From: Collinsella sp. | GTDB lineage: Bacteria > Actinomycetota > Coriobacteriia > Coriobacteriales > Coriobacteriaceae | DNA: 64,000 nt | Direction of reading: 5' to 3' | Assembly (NCBI GenBank): GCA_019413955.1 | Contig: DXMX01000001.1 | Span: 33,656 to 97,655, forward strand | In this document: piece after piece, positions 1 to 14,036 of the stretch | How the letters are laid out: each line of letters opens with the position of its first letter | Position numbering within the stretch: position 1 is the first letter of the stretch | Translations under genes and position numbers: made by a program | Notes under the pieces: generated by a model | Seen by the model: only the letters and a program-made list of their open reading frames with translations | The model's database searches: none | Told to the model about the DNA's origin: nothing

Positions 1-4
1 GACC

Positions 5-1105
5 ATGTTCGCCCGCGATCTTTCCGTCGCGCACTACCGCAGCTTCGATAGCTATCGCCTTGCCCTGGACGAGGGCGTGACGATACTTGCGGGACCCAAC
101 GCGGCGGGAAAGACCAATCTCATAGAGGCGCTGCAGCTGCTGACGAGCGGCGCCTCGTTTAGGCATCCGACCGCAGCCGAGCTCGTCCATGACGGCGTGG
201 GCTCGTGCAAGGTCGAGCTGAGGCTCGAGGGCGACGGCCGCGTGCTTGATATGGGATTGAGCGCGGAGGACGGTAAACGCTCGTTTAGCCGCAACGGCAA
301 GAGATGCTCTGCCGCCGGTGTGCGCGGGGTTCTGCCGAGCGTGCTGTTTTGCCCCGACCATCTGGACATGGTTAAGCGAGGCGCCAGTGTGCGCCGCGCC
401 GCCCTCGACGACTTTGGCATGCAACTGAGCGCACGCTATGCCGATCTTGCGAGCACCTATGGTCGCTGCGTGACCCAGCGTAACGCCTTGCTCAAGGAGG
501 CCTGGTGCTGCCGCGAGATGCTCGGCGCGTGGAACGATTCGATTGCCCGCGCGGGCGCGGCTCTGCTCGTGCACCGGTTGGCCCTGCTCGACCGGCTGGC
601 GGGCCATGTGCGTACTGCCTACGGGCAAGTGGCGTCCGGTGAAGCCGCCAACGTGTCCTATGCGTCCACGCTGGGGGATTTGCCCCAGGTCGATGATCGC
701 GAAGAGCTGAAGGGCTGGGCGTACGAGCGCATGCTGGCTGCCCTTGATGAGCACGCCGACGAGGAAATTCGCCGCGGCGTGACGTTGGTGGGACCGCATC
801 GCGACGAGATTGAGTTTGCTGTGGCGGGTCGCTCCGCCCGTTCATTTGCCAGCCAAGGTCAGCAGCGAACGTTGGTTCTGGCCTGGAAGGTGGCGGAGGT
901 GGCCGTGGCTCGCGATGTCCTGGGCACCGCCCCACTGCTGCTTTTGGACGACGTGATGAGCGAACTCGACGGCGAACGCCGCGGTGCTTTCCTGCGGCTG
1001 ATCGGCGATGATATCCAGACGGTCATAACCACGACCAACCTGGGGTACTTTACCGATGACCTGCTTGATCGAGCCAAGGTGGTGAGCATGGGTGAGACGT
1101 GCTAA
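5..1105 (+). CDS. recF: DNA replication/repair protein RecF
   Basis: Walker A GPNAAGKTN, GPHRDE, SQGQQR and LLLDDVMSELD motifs; canonical position upstream of gyrB. Confidence 0.96.
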   Translation: MFARDLSVAHYRSFDSYRLALDEGVTILAGPNAAGKTNLIEALQLLTSGASFRHPTAAELVHDGVGSCKVELRLEGDGRVLDMGLSAEDGKRSFSRNGKRCSAAGVRGVLPSVLFCPDHLDMVKRGASVRRAALDDFGMQLSARYADLASTYGRCVTQRNALLKEAWCCREMLGAWNDSIARAGAALLVHRLALLDRLAGHVRTAYGQVASGEAANVSYASTLGDLPQVDDREELKGWAYERMLAALDEHADEEIRRGVTLVGPHRDEIEFAVAGRSARSFASQGQQRTLVLAWKVAEVAVARDVLGTAPLLLLDDVMSELDGERRGAFLRLIGDDIQTVITTTNLGYFTDDLLDRAKVVSMGETC

Positions 1106-1655
1106 TTACGAGCGCGAGAGCGAAACGGTCGCCTTCAGTGGCTTGTTGAACGCAGAGCGCCAGCGCATCCTGGCGGCTGCGACCCCTGAGCGCCGTGCGC
1201 AGATGGAGGCCGCCGAGGAGTCGCGCGCGGTCTATCGCGCGTGGAACGCGGTGTGCTCGGGCACGCGCGAGGGGCGGCATGTGACGGGCCTGCGCTACCT
1301 GCCCGAGTCCAATGAGCTGCTGGTATATCTCGACTCGCCCTCGTGGACGCAGGAAATGACGTTGTTGCGCGAGATCATCCGCGCGCGCATGGAGCGCGCC
1401 GGTGCGCATGTGGATGGCCTGGTGTTCAAAACCACCGCGCCCGGTCACACGCCGCCCGCCGCCAAGGAGCGCCTTCGCCCAGCGGCGACCGAGCGCCCGC
1501 CGGCCCCACACGCCGACCTCAGCGATGCCGAGCGCACCGAGATTGAGCGCCAAGTGGCGCCCATCGAAGACCAAAAACTGCGCGAGGCCCTCGAGAACGC
1601 CATGAGAGCCAGTGCCGAGTGGGCCAAGGGCGTGCAAAGCAAAAAAGAGCCTTAA
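1092..1655 (+). CDS. DUF721/DciA-family protein (putative helicase loader)
   Basis: Lies between recF and gyrB as in actinobacteria; W...L.V..DSPSW.QEM pattern typical of DUF721; overlaps recF end. Confidence 0.7.
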   Translation: MRRANYERESETVAFSGLLNAERQRILAAATPERRAQMEAAEESRAVYRAWNAVCSGTREGRHVTGLRYLPESNELLVYLDSPSWTQEMTLLREIIRARMERAGAHVDGLVFKTTAPGHTPPAAKERLRPAATERPPAPHADLSDAERTEIERQVAPIEDQKLREALENAMRASAEWAKGVQSKKEP

Positions 1656-1681
1656 ATCGCATCTGGTGGCCTTGTAGAGCC

Positions 1682-1711
1682 AAATACCCTCGTTCCCGAG
1701 GGTATTTTTTT
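1682..1711 (+). terminator. Intrinsic terminator-like hairpin before gyrB
   Basis: AAATACCCTCG-TTCC-CGAGGGTATTT followed by T run. Confidence 0.6.
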
Positions 1712-1718
1712 ACGATAA

Positions 1719-3791
<2,073 letters not shown>

Positions 3792-3802
3792 GAGGAGGTA
3801 AC

Positions 3803-6544
3803 GTGGCAGACGATATCAACAATAACGAGGGTATGGACGAGGCCGGCGATGCCGGTATGCCCGATGATCTGAAGCGCCTGCTTGCCCGTGCTGAGCAGGG
3901 CGAGGACGGCGATCCGGACGCCTATAACCCCGATGCCGATGATGATGAGGAAGAGGACGACGACGGTGAGCTCGAGGAGAGCTTTGGCGAAGTCGATCGT
4001 GGCGCCTCGGCCGGCGAGGACATCAACGGCGGCCAGCTCCAGATTTCGGAGTTCGGTCGCGAGATGAAGCAGTCGTTCATCGAGTATTCGATGTCGGTTA
4101 TCACAGCGCGTGCCCTGCCGGACGTGCGCGACGGCTTAAAGCCGGTACACCGCCGCATCCTGTACGCGATGAACGAGAGCGGCATCTACCCCAACCGCCC
4201 ACACAAAAAGTCGGCCTGGACGGTCGGCGAAGTTATCGGTAAGTACCACCCGCACGGTGACTTTGCGGTCTACGAGGCCATGGTCCGCCTGGCGCAGTGG
4301 TTCTCCATGCGCACGCCGCTCATCGACGGTCACGGCAACTTCGGCAACATCGATGGCGACGGCGCGGCGGCCATGCGTTACACCGAGAGCCGCCTGGCCA
4401 AGCCCGCCATGGAACTGCTGCGTGACTTGCAGAAGGATACCGTCGACTGGCAGCCCAACTACGACGAATCGCTCGCCGAGCCCGTGGCACTGCCTGCGCG
4501 CTTCCCCAACCTGCTGGTCAACGGCAGCCAGGGCATCGCCGTCGGCATGGCCACCAACATCGCCCCGCATAACCTCACCGAGGCGATCGAGGCCACCTGC
4601 TACCTGATCGACAACCCCGACGCCACCGTCGACGAGCTCATGCAGATCATACCCGGTCCGGACTTCCCCACCGGCGCCATCATCATGGGCAGCGCCGGCA
4701 TTAAGCAGAGCTACGAGACCGGCCGCGGCTCCATTACCGTGCGTGCCAAGGCACATGTGGAGTCCACCAAGACCGGCCGCAGCCGCCTGGTCTTTACCGA
4801 GATTCCCTACATGGTCAACAAGGGCACCCTGCAGGAGAAGATCGCCCAACTCGTCAACGACAAGCGCATTGAGGGCATCTCGGATATGCGCGATGAGTCC
4901 AACCAGAAGGGCATCCGTCTGGTCATCGAGCTCAAGAAGGGCGTCATTCCGCAGGTCGTGCTCAACAACCTGTATAAGTACACCTCGCTGCAGACGACCT
5001 TTGGCGCCAACAACCTGGCACTCGTCAACGGCGTTCCCAAATGCCTGAGCCTGCGCGAGATGCTGCAGCACTACATCGACCACCAGGTCGACGTCGTCAC
5101 CCGCCGCACCCGCTTCGACCTTAAGAAGGCCCAGGCCCGCGCGCATATCCTCGAGGGCTACCTGATGGCCCTTGACCATATCGACGAGGTCATCAGCATC
5201 ATCCGCTCCTCGCAGACCGACTCCGAGGCCAGCAGCCGACTGATCGAACGCTTTGGCTTTACGCCCGAGCAGACCACGGCCATCCTCGAGATGAAGCTGC
5301 GCCGCCTGACCGGCCTGGAGCGCGACAAGATCCAAGAAGAGTTGGACGGCCTGCGCCGCGCCATCGCCTACTACGAGGACCTGCTGGCGCACGAGGAGAA
5401 GATTCTGGGCGTCATCAAGGAAGAGATGCGCGAGATCTCCAAGAAGTTTGGCGACAAGCGCCGTACCGAAATCAGCCAGGTTGAGAAGGACCTGGATGTC
5501 GAGGACCTCATCGCCGACGAGGATATGGTCGTGACCATCACCCACACCGGCTACGTTAAGCGTATCCCAGTGGCTGCCTACCGTGCCCAGAAGCGCGGTG
5601 GCAAGGGCGTGTCGGGCGTCAACCTCAAAGAGGACGACGTTATCGATGAGATGTTCATCGCGTCCACGCACGAGTACGTGCTGTTCTTCTCGAGCAAGGG
5701 CAAGGTCTATCGCCTGAAGGTGCACGAGCTGCCGGTGGGTACGCGCCAGGCGCGCGGTACCGCGATCGTCAACCTGCTGCCCTTCGAGGAAGGCGAGAAG
5801 ATCGCGAGCGTCATCAGCTGCCGCGAGTTCCCGGCCGACGAGTTCCTGATGTTTGCCACCAAGAGCGGCATGGTCAAAAAGACCGTGATGAGCGCATATG
5901 ACCGCAGCCGTCGCGACGGCCTGATCGCTATCAACCTGCGTGACGACGACGCGCTGCTGAACGTGCGCCGCGTGCGCGAGGGCGACAAGATTATCCTGGC
6001 CACCACCGCGGGCAAGGCGATCATGTTCTCCGAGGAGCAGGTGCGCGCCACCGGCCGCGATACCAGCGGCGTTCGCGGTATCGGTCTGAAGGACGGCGTG
6101 AGCGTTCTGGGCATGGAAGTCACTAACGGCAACGGCGATCTATTCGTCATCACCGAGCGCGGCTACGGCAAGCGCACGCCGGTCGCGGACTACCCGGAGC
6201 AGAATCGCGGCGGTCAGGGCGTCTACACCATTCAAATGACCGAGCGTAAGGGTAACCTCGCGGCCATGAAGACGGTGGGCCCGCAGCACGAGCTGTTCAT
6301 CGTGACGGAGGGCGCGACGGTCATTCGCGTCAAGACCGACGAGATCAGCCAGACCGGCCGCGCCACCCAGGGCGTCAAGATGATGACCGTCGACGACAAC
6401 GACCGCATCTGCGCCGTGGCCCGCATGACGGCCGCCAAAGAGAGGCCCGAAGGCGAAGCCATAGAAAACGGCTCCGCCCCCGAAGAAACCCCTGTCGATC
6501 TAGGCGACGGCAACGACATGCCGGAAGATCTCCTTGACGAGTAA
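3803..6544 (+). CDS. gyrA: DNA gyrase subunit A
   Basis: [29 protein letters not shown], GyrA-box QKRGGKG, C-terminal pinwheel repeats. Confidence 0.98.
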   Translation: MADDINNNEGMDEAGDAGMPDDLKRLLARAEQGEDGDPDAYNPDADDDEEEDDDGELEESFGEVDRGASAGEDINGGQLQISEFGREMKQSFIEYSMSVITARALPDVRDGLKPVHRRILYAMNESGIYPNRPHKKSAWTVGEVIGKYHPHGDFAVYEAMVRLAQWFSMRTPLIDGHGNFGNIDGDGAAAMRYTESRLAKPAMELLRDLQKDTVDWQPNYDESLAEPVALPARFPNLLVNGSQGIAVGMATNIAPHNLTEAIEATCYLIDNPDATVDELMQIIPGPDFPTGAIIMGSAGIKQSYETGRGSITVRAKAHVESTKTGRSRLVFTEIPYMVNKGTLQEKIAQLVNDKRIEGISDMRDESNQKGIRLVIELKKGVIPQVVLNNLYKYTSLQTTFGANNLALVNGVPKCLSLREMLQHYIDHQVDVVTRRTRFDLKKAQARAHILEGYLMALDHIDEVISIIRSSQTDSEASSRLIERFGFTPEQTTAILEMKLRRLTGLERDKIQEELDGLRRAIAYYEDLLAHEEKILGVIKEEMREISKKFGDKRRTEISQVEKDLDVEDLIADEDMVVTITHTGYVKRIPVAAYRAQKRGGKGVSGVNLKEDDVIDEMFIASTHEYVLFFSSKGKVYRLKVHELPVGTRQARGTAIVNLLPFEEGEKIASVISCREFPADEFLMFATKSGMVKKTVMSAYDRSRRDGLIAINLRDDDALLNVRRVREGDKIILATTAGKAIMFSEEQVRATGRDTSGVRGIGLKDGVSVLGMEVTNGNGDLFVITERGYGKRTPVADYPEQNRGGQGVYTIQMTERKGNLAAMKTVGPQHELFIVTEGATVIRVKTDEISQTGRATQGVKMMTVDDNDRICAVARMTAAKERPEGEAIENGSAPEETPVDLGDGNDMPEDLLDE

Positions 6545-6584
6545 GAGGCCCTAACTGTTAGAAAATATCAGACCCCATATATCG

Positions 6585-6617
6585 GCGGTCGGCGCACTGC
6601 GCGCCGACCGCTTTTTT
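6585..6617 (+). terminator. gyrA terminator
   Basis: 11-bp stem GCGGTCGGCGC/GCGCCGACCGC followed by T6. Confidence 0.75.
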
Positions 6618-6797
6618 GAAAACCTTTGAACCCCGCGTCGGCCCCGGCTGCCCGGCGGCATGCGAAGTCGATCGCGAGTTCCGCACGAGCCGGAGAGCAC
6701 TTAATGTGCTCTCTGTGCGAGTCAGGACTGTCCGAGTAGGCGACTTCACATGCCGCCGTGCGACCGGGGCGAACACCCTTCAAAGATTTTCAAAAAA
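6612..6797. repeat. ~186-bp long imperfect palindrome (REPIN/MITE-like)
   Basis: Nested inverted segments: 18/19-bp outer arms, 7-bp, 17/18-bp (6653-6670 vs 6741-6758), central GAGAGCAC-TTAAT-GTGCTCTC. Confidence 0.8.
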
Positions 6798-6802
6798 AGT
6801 TG

Positions 6803-6832
6803 TTGACGCGCGCGTAACGACTCGTCTAATAT
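6803..6832 (+). promoter_or_regulatory. Sigma70-type promoter of tRNA cluster
   Basis: TTGACG-N18-TAATAT, 14 nt upstream of tRNA-Ile. Confidence 0.6.
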
Positions 6833-6846
6833 ATCCCTTGCGCGAT

Positions 6847-6923
6847 GGACCTGTAGCTCAGTTGGTTAGAGCGTCCGGCTGATAACCGGGAGGCCACAAG
6901 TTCGAATCTTGTCAGGTCCACCA
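6847..6923 (+). tRNA. tRNA-Ile(GAT)
   Basis: Cloverleaf, anticodon loop CTGATAA, GTTCGAATC, CCA end. Confidence 0.97.
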
Positions 6924-6990
6924 CTTTCTTTCGCAATAAACACCCCAGCGAGAGCCGAGTCGCCGCTGGGGTGTTTATTACTGTCTCCGT

Positions 6991-7066
6991 GGGGGTTTAG
7001 CTCAGCTGGGAGAGCGCGGGCTTTGCAAGCCTGAGGTCAGGGGTTCGATCCCCCTAACCTCCACCA
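6991..7066 (+). tRNA. tRNA-Ala(TGC)
   Basis: GGGGGTT/AACCTCC acceptor stem with G3:U70, loop TTTGCAA, CCA end. Confidence 0.97.
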
Positions 7067-7070
7067 TGAT

Positions 7071-7147
7071 GGACCTGTAGCTCAGTTGGTTAGAGCGTCC
7101 GGCTGATAACCGGGAGGTCACAAGTTCGAATCTTGTCAGGTCCACCA
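7071..7147 (+). tRNA. tRNA-Ile(GAT), second copy
   Basis: Identical to 6847-6923 except one variable-loop base. Confidence 0.97.
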
Positions 7148-7158
7148 TCAAAACTGTG

Positions 7159-7191
7159 AAGAGCCCTGGGGCATTGCCTCGGGGCTTTTTT
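7159..7191 (+). terminator. tRNA operon terminator
   Basis: AAGAGCCCTGGGGC-ATT-GCCTCGGGGCTTTTTT. Confidence 0.7.
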
Positions 7192-7305
7192 CTTGTCTGC
7201 GATAAATCTCATTTTGGTTTTGTGTGCTGTGCGAAAGTTTGGGTAGTATAGCTATTCAATGCGGCGGACTGCCGCGTGTTAACCGCTACGTACCGGAGGT
7301 GTTCC

Positions 7306-7806
7306 ATGGTTCGTGTCGACATAGAGACCATCGTCATGGCCGCCGGTCCCGTGCCATCGCTTATCGTGCTTCGCGAGCGCTGCAGCAAATCGGACTCGCC
7401 CGCGCCACTGCGTTCCCTTTCCATTCAGACTGGTTCGTTTGAAGCTGCTGCCATCAGCCGCGGCATCGATAGCGGTCGCGCCGAGCGCCCGATTACCCAT
7501 GACCTGTTGCTCGATACTGTTGGTGCCCTGGGTGCCAAGCTCGAACGCATCGAAATCGTTCGCGCCGAGCCGCCCGTGTTTTACGCGACGGTTGTCGTGT
7601 TGGCCGATGGCAACGAGCATAAGATCGATGCGCGTCCGAGCGACGCCATCGCCCTCGCCGTACGCAGTAATGCCCCCATGTTCGTTGAAGACGACATCAT
7701 GAATCGCCTGGGCACCGTTTCTGCCCATGCCGAGGAAGTCGACGACGAGCAAGAGTTCGAGAAGTTCGACGAGTTCGTCCATACGCTCTCCCCCGATGAC
7801 TTCTAA
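7306..7806 (+). CDS. Bifunctional nuclease family protein (DUF151)
   Basis: RPITHDL and IDARPSDAIALA motifs; ATG after GGAGG. Confidence 0.88.
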   Translation: MVRVDIETIVMAAGPVPSLIVLRERCSKSDSPAPLRSLSIQTGSFEAAAISRGIDSGRAERPITHDLLLDTVGALGAKLERIEIVRAEPPVFYATVVVLADGNEHKIDARPSDAIALAVRSNAPMFVEDDIMNRLGTVSAHAEEVDDEQEFEKFDEFVHTLSPDDF

Positions 7807-8196
7807 ATGCGGGGCGTCCAGGCTGCGGAGCGTTCGCTGATGGCCGGCGGTATGTCGGCTGAGGCGGCGACCATTGCGCGCGAGGCCCAGATGCGCTCGG
7901 AGGCTTCTGAGGCGGCTCGCATTGCCTATGTGACGCAGGCCCGCACGCTTCGCGAACGCCGCGGCTCGTTTATCAAGATGGTTGTCGTCTCCGCCCTTGT
8001 CGCGGCAATCTGTTCGCGCCTTCGTGGTACAGTTGGTGCGCTTGGGTTTTCGATCTCTACGGGCCTTATGATCTGGGGCGTGGTCGATGCGGTCATGCTG
8101 ACCAGTCAGATCAAGGTACTCGACAAGCGCGCGATGGATATGATGCGCGCCCGCGACGCTGCCGCTAAGATCGCTGCTGAGGCACAAGAACTGTAA
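7807..8196 (+). CDS. Hypothetical membrane protein (2 TM)
   Basis: ORF abuts upstream stop codon; two hydrophobic segments; start uncertain. Confidence 0.6.
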   Translation: MRGVQAAERSLMAGGMSAEAATIAREAQMRSEASEAARIAYVTQARTLRERRGSFIKMVVVSALVAAICSRLRGTVGALGFSISTGLMIWGVVDAVMLTSQIKVLDKRAMDMMRARDAAAKIAAEAQEL

Positions 8197-8226
8197 CGAC
8201 GCCAGACTCGATGGGAAGGTCTAAAG

Positions 8227-8676
8227 ATGGCACAGGATATGCAGGACGCCGGTAACGTCTCCGCCGAGCTCGACGCCATGGTGTGCGATCTGATCGGCGC
8301 GTTCTTGGACGACCTTGCCGCCGGTGAAAACCCTGGCGTGGTCGTGGCAATTGAGGACGCCGCTTCCAACCGTTATCTGGCGGCGCTCGACGAGGACGGC
8401 GAAGAGGCGTGCCTCGAGGCGGCCACCAACTTTATCTCCGAGCACAAGATGGGTCTTAAGGACGAGGGCCTGGGCCGTATCGCTCGCTATGCCATCGGCT
8501 ACACCGGCTGCGTCGAGATTGACGGCGGCTATCACGATGCTCTGCTCGTGAGCTTCTTCGAAACCACGCTCGAGAGCGGTTTTTCGGCATATGTGCTGTA
8601 TGAGGGCATGGGCGCCGGCGATGGTTTTATGTGGAGCGACCCTGAACCTGCAGGTGAGGAAACCCCTCTCATCTAA
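8227..8676 (+). CDS. Hypothetical acidic protein
   Basis: ORF with RBS and genome-typical codon usage. Confidence 0.7.
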   Translation: MAQDMQDAGNVSAELDAMVCDLIGAFLDDLAAGENPGVVVAIEDAASNRYLAALDEDGEEACLEAATNFISEHKMGLKDEGLGRIARYAIGYTGCVEIDGGYHDALLVSFFETTLESGFSAYVLYEGMGAGDGFMWSDPEPAGEETPLI

Positions 8677-8793
8677 AATCGCTAAAATAAACGAGTTTTC
8701 GGTAAAAGGCTCAATATTCCCGCCGAGCGTTGCATTGCTGGGTGGGTCGCATACGCGTGCCGGTTGTATATAGATAGAAGATAGGGGAACTAC

Positions 8794-10632
<1,839 letters not shown>

Positions 10633-10659
10633 GCGCTGGGCTTTATAACGTCTAACAAG

Positions 10660-10694
10660 AAAGGGCGCCGACCGTAATGGTCGGCGCCCTTTTT
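10660..10694 (+). terminator. typA terminator (probably bidirectional)
   Basis: AAAGGGCGCCGACC-GTAAT-GGTCGGCGCCCTTTTT. Confidence 0.75.
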
Positions 10695-10761
10695 GGTGCA
10701 AGGGGATTTAGCTGGTCTGCATTGCCACAAAGGTGCTTGGCCCCTTTGTGGCGGTTGGCGG

Positions 10762-11907
10762 CTAAGCGGTGGGGAGTTCTGGCGTGTTAGCCGACTGCTG
10801 CGGTTTGAGGTGGGCGTTGCGCCAGATGATTTGGATGATGTAGCCGAGTGCAAAGATGAAGGCCACGCCGCTGATGAAGTCGCCTACGAGGGGAAGCCCC
10901 GTGAGGGCGCCGGCGATCACGCCGCCGATGGCTGCCATGGCGTAGCGGTTTTGGCTGTGTCCGACCATGCGGGCGATCGCACACCCCGCAAAGGCACTCG
11001 ACACCAGCGCGATGCCAATAACACCGCACATGAGGGCTCCGGCAAGCGACAGACCAGCGATAGAGATAATTAGCAGCAGGACGGCGGGGACGATAGCAAT
11101 CGTGCCCAGAAGACCGCTCACCCACAGGGGCATGGGGCGCTGGTGGAGCATACCGGCGGCGCTGGCAGTCGCACGCGGAAAGACGAGCTCGAGCAGCAGA
11201 GCGACAAAGCAGGTCGAGAGTGCCGCGGCGACGATACCGCCGATGACATCGTTAACGGTGGAAGTATCCTCGTTCTCGGTGCGGTCGATCTTGAGTGCGC
11301 CGACCTCGGCTCCCGCGGCGCGCTCGGGGTCCTCGGAGACGTGCGCGTTCACGGTGCCGGTGATGTGGGCGTTCTTGCCCAGGATGAGCTTGTCGGCCCA
11401 AACCTCGACATCGCCCTCGACGGTGCCATCGATGGTCACCGTGTTGCCCGCAAGCGCTGCCGACTTGGTAGAGCCGCGCAGGGCAACCGTCTCGCCTATC
11501 GCATAGAAACAGTTGGCGGTGCTACCGGTGTTGAGCACAACGTGCTGGCCGGCCACCGTGACGCTGCCATCAACCGTGGTCTTGGCGATGTCGATGGTGC
11601 GCGCCGCCAGGCGAATAGCGCCGCCTACGGTGCAGTCGCGAATCGATAGGCTCTCGCCCGCCGCGATAATATCGCGGCCGATGGAGGCATCGTCCAAGTT
11701 GAGGGCCTGGCCGGCCCAGTACAGGTCACCATCGACGCCGGACGGATTGGCGTCATTGTCGGTCGCAAGTACGTTGCCTGCGGTGTCCGTGCCGGCGAAC
11801 GACGCCGTGGGAAGTGCGGTGAGCGCGAGCGCGATGAGCGCGAACAGGATGGTGATGCGGCCCCATGCTTTACGGCGCTGGGTCAACGGGAATTGATTAC
11901 AGGGCAT
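10762..11907 (-). CDS. Membrane protein with signal peptide, beta-helix (bactofilin/polymer-forming-like) repeats and C-terminal TM bundle
   Basis: Repeated V.GD...AG..V.I.G.V pattern followed by ~5 TM segments; ATG after GAAGGA. Confidence 0.7.
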   Translation of the reverse strand: MPCNQFPLTQRRKAWGRITILFALIALALTALPTASFAGTDTAGNVLATDNDANPSGVDGDLYWAGQALNLDDASIGRDIIAAGESLSIRDCTVGGAIRLAARTIDIAKTTVDGSVTVAGQHVVLNTGSTANCFYAIGETVALRGSTKSAALAGNTVTIDGTVEGDVEVWADKLILGKNAHITGTVNAHVSEDPERAAGAEVGALKIDRTENEDTSTVNDVIGGIVAAALSTCFVALLLELVFPRATASAAGMLHQRPMPLWVSGLLGTIAIVPAVLLLIISIAGLSLAGALMCGVIGIALVSSAFAGCAIARMVGHSQNRYAMAAIGGVIAGALTGLPLVGDFISGVAFIFALGYIIQIIWRNAHLKPQQSANTPELPTA

Positions 11908-12013
11908 AGTGAATCCTTCGTTAGATGCTCGATATGCATCTAACAGGGTACCCAACGCGTGGGCGCTCTAAAAGAACCTCTCGGTTGCATTTCGAGGGGT
12001 TGTGTCGTGCTGC

Positions 12014-12685
12014 CTACTTTTTACGGTGCAAAAAGCGCGCGATGTCTTCTTCGGTGGGGCTTTTGATGTCAAAGCGCAGCGAGAGCCAGCGCAGGCCCAT
12101 GGTCACGACAACGCATACGACCAGCGCGGCGACATTGCTCATGATGCCGCTCATAACGAGACACACATAGCTTGTCGATCCGGCGATGGCGGCGATGGCA
12201 TAAAAGTTAGTACGTTGGAAAATGCCCGGAACCACGCCCATAAAGCCGTCGCGCAACATGCCGCCGCCCACCGCGGTAAAAAAGCCCATCATGATGCACA
12301 CCGCCGGCGCAAAGCCGTAGACAAGCGCCTTGTCCGCTCCGGTGGCGGCATAGATGCCGACCGAGATGATGTCGAGCAGGGGGATGAGTTTTTCGGGCTT
12401 GTCGACGATTGCCGGGAAAATATAGATGATGGCTGCCGTGGCAATGGAAAGCGGCAGCGCCATCGGCTGGTTGAGGATGTAGACGTTGCCCACCTGCAGC
12501 GTCATATCGCGCAAAAGGCCGCCGCCCAGGCCGCAGACCACCGCGAGCGCGACCGCGCCCACCAGGTCGAGCTTGTGCTCGCGCGCAACCAGTACACCCG
12601 AGATCGATGCAGCGACAACAGCGAACATCTCGAGCCAAAAGGGGATAGCGACCATGGCATCAGAGGCATGTGGGGTAACGGTCAT
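12014..12685 (-). CDS. Trimeric intracellular cation channel (TRIC/UPF0126) family protein
   Basis: Duplicated GGGLLRD/GGGMLRD motifs, ~7 TM; start uncertain. Confidence 0.88.
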   Translation of the reverse strand: MTVTPHASDAMVAIPFWLEMFAVVAASISGVLVAREHKLDLVGAVALAVVCGLGGGLLRDMTLQVGNVYILNQPMALPLSIATAAIIYIFPAIVDKPEKLIPLLDIISVGIYAATGADKALVYGFAPAVCIMMGFFTAVGGGMLRDGFMGVVPGIFQRTNFYAIAAIAGSTSYVCLVMSGIMSNVAALVVCVVVTMGLRWLSLRFDIKSPTEEDIARFLHRKK

Positions 12686-12834
12686 AGCGGCGGCGACGGG
12701 CAAGATGGGGTCCTTTGGGTTACGGATTTTGACAATGCCCGTACATAGTACATGTTCGGCGCCGATTGCGACCCTATTGCTCGGCAAACGGTCGGGACTG
12801 GATGCGGGCGTGGCGTTGTTGGAATGCCGGGGGT

Positions 12835-12903
12835 CCAAAACGTGTACGTCAGCCTCCAAAAACGACATTTTTCGGCATCTTTTGAGGGTGACGTACGCGT
12901 TTG
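12835..12903. repeat. Left palindrome flanking the 13008-14015 gene
   Basis: CGTGTACGTCAGCCTC-N27-GAGGGTGACGTACGCG. Confidence 0.85.
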
Positions 12904-13007
12904 CATATCATGCGCGGCATGCATGAGTCGATTTACTCACATCCAGTATATTTCCCCACTTCAACGGACATAAGAGTTGGGTATCGGCTCAAAGCGAGAG
13001 GTCATCA

Positions 13008-14015
13008 ATGGATACCCCTGTTCTCATTTCGCATAAAACCGCACGGCTCGTTCATCATGCACCTCAGAATTTGGTGCAGCCTCTCGCACAACGCGACTAC
13101 CAGATAGGCGCACGAGGCATCTCCACCCAGCAACGCGTTGCGCGCATACGACAAGCCCTTACCGACTGCGGCATTCCGCCCGATATGCTCAAGACTATCG
13201 ACATCTCGGTTGTATTCGAATTCGAGCGAATTCGAACCAAAGGCGTCATCTGCCACATTCTTGGACAAAATCTTCCCTACGAGCATATTGACGAGTTGAC
13301 GCCCGGAATCTTCATCACCGACGAAGCCTTCACCTTCGTGCTCGCTGCCGAGTGGATGGATAGGATCGAATACCTCGAATACGGCTATGAAGTTTGCGGC
13401 GATTATCGCATGGGGCTCAATCCCGCCGACCCTTATACCGAGCAACCAGCCACCGCGTCCAAGGAACAAATTACCGAGCTGCTCGATATGCACCCCGGCA
13501 AACCCGGTGCCACACGCGCGCGACTCGCACTCAGACATATCTACGACCATTCTGCCTCGCCTATGGAGACCGCTTCGGCAATCGCCCTCTCGCTCCCAAC
13601 AAGCGAAGGCGGTGTTGGCATTCGAGGCATCGAGCTCAACAAACCGCTTGAAATCCCTCAACGTCTTTGGCACTGCGCCAAAGCTCGAACGCTCAAAATC
13701 GACACGCTCGTTACCTATAAGCGCAGGGAGCTCGGTATTGAATATAAGGGCGGCTTTCACGATGAGTTCGAGCGCAAGGGAGCAGATGCGGAACGAGAGG
13801 CCGTTCTCGCCCAAATGGGATATCGAATCGTTACGCTCACTTCGGCTCAGTTCGGCAGCCAGCTTGCCTTTCACCGTGCCATGAACAACATTCGCGAAGC
13901 ACTCGGCATGCCTCGATGCACCGATACCGAGTACCAACGAAAGCAAAATGAACTGCGCAAGGCACTTATCCGCAACTGGAAGAGCGTACAAGGCGAAGAG
14001 ACGCTTATCGAGTAG
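13008..14015 (+). CDS. Hypothetical protein with C-terminal DUF559/Vsr-like (PD-(D/E)xK fold) nuclease domain
   Basis: N-terminal LISHKTA, central SASPMET, C-terminal D...IEYKG..H...D..R...L...GY.I..LT pattern; codon usage less GC3-biased than neighbours. Confidence 0.65.
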   Translation: MDTPVLISHKTARLVHHAPQNLVQPLAQRDYQIGARGISTQQRVARIRQALTDCGIPPDMLKTIDISVVFEFERIRTKGVICHILGQNLPYEHIDELTPGIFITDEAFTFVLAAEWMDRIEYLEYGYEVCGDYRMGLNPADPYTEQPATASKEQITELLDMHPGKPGATRARLALRHIYDHSASPMETASAIALSLPTSEGGVGIRGIELNKPLEIPQRLWHCAKARTLKIDTLVTYKRRELGIEYKGGFHDEFERKGADAEREAVLAQMGYRIVTLTSAQFGSQLAFHRAMNNIREALGMPRCTDTEYQRKQNELRKALIRNWKSVQGEETLIE

Positions 14016-14036
14016 CGTCGCTCCCACGAGCCCGAT

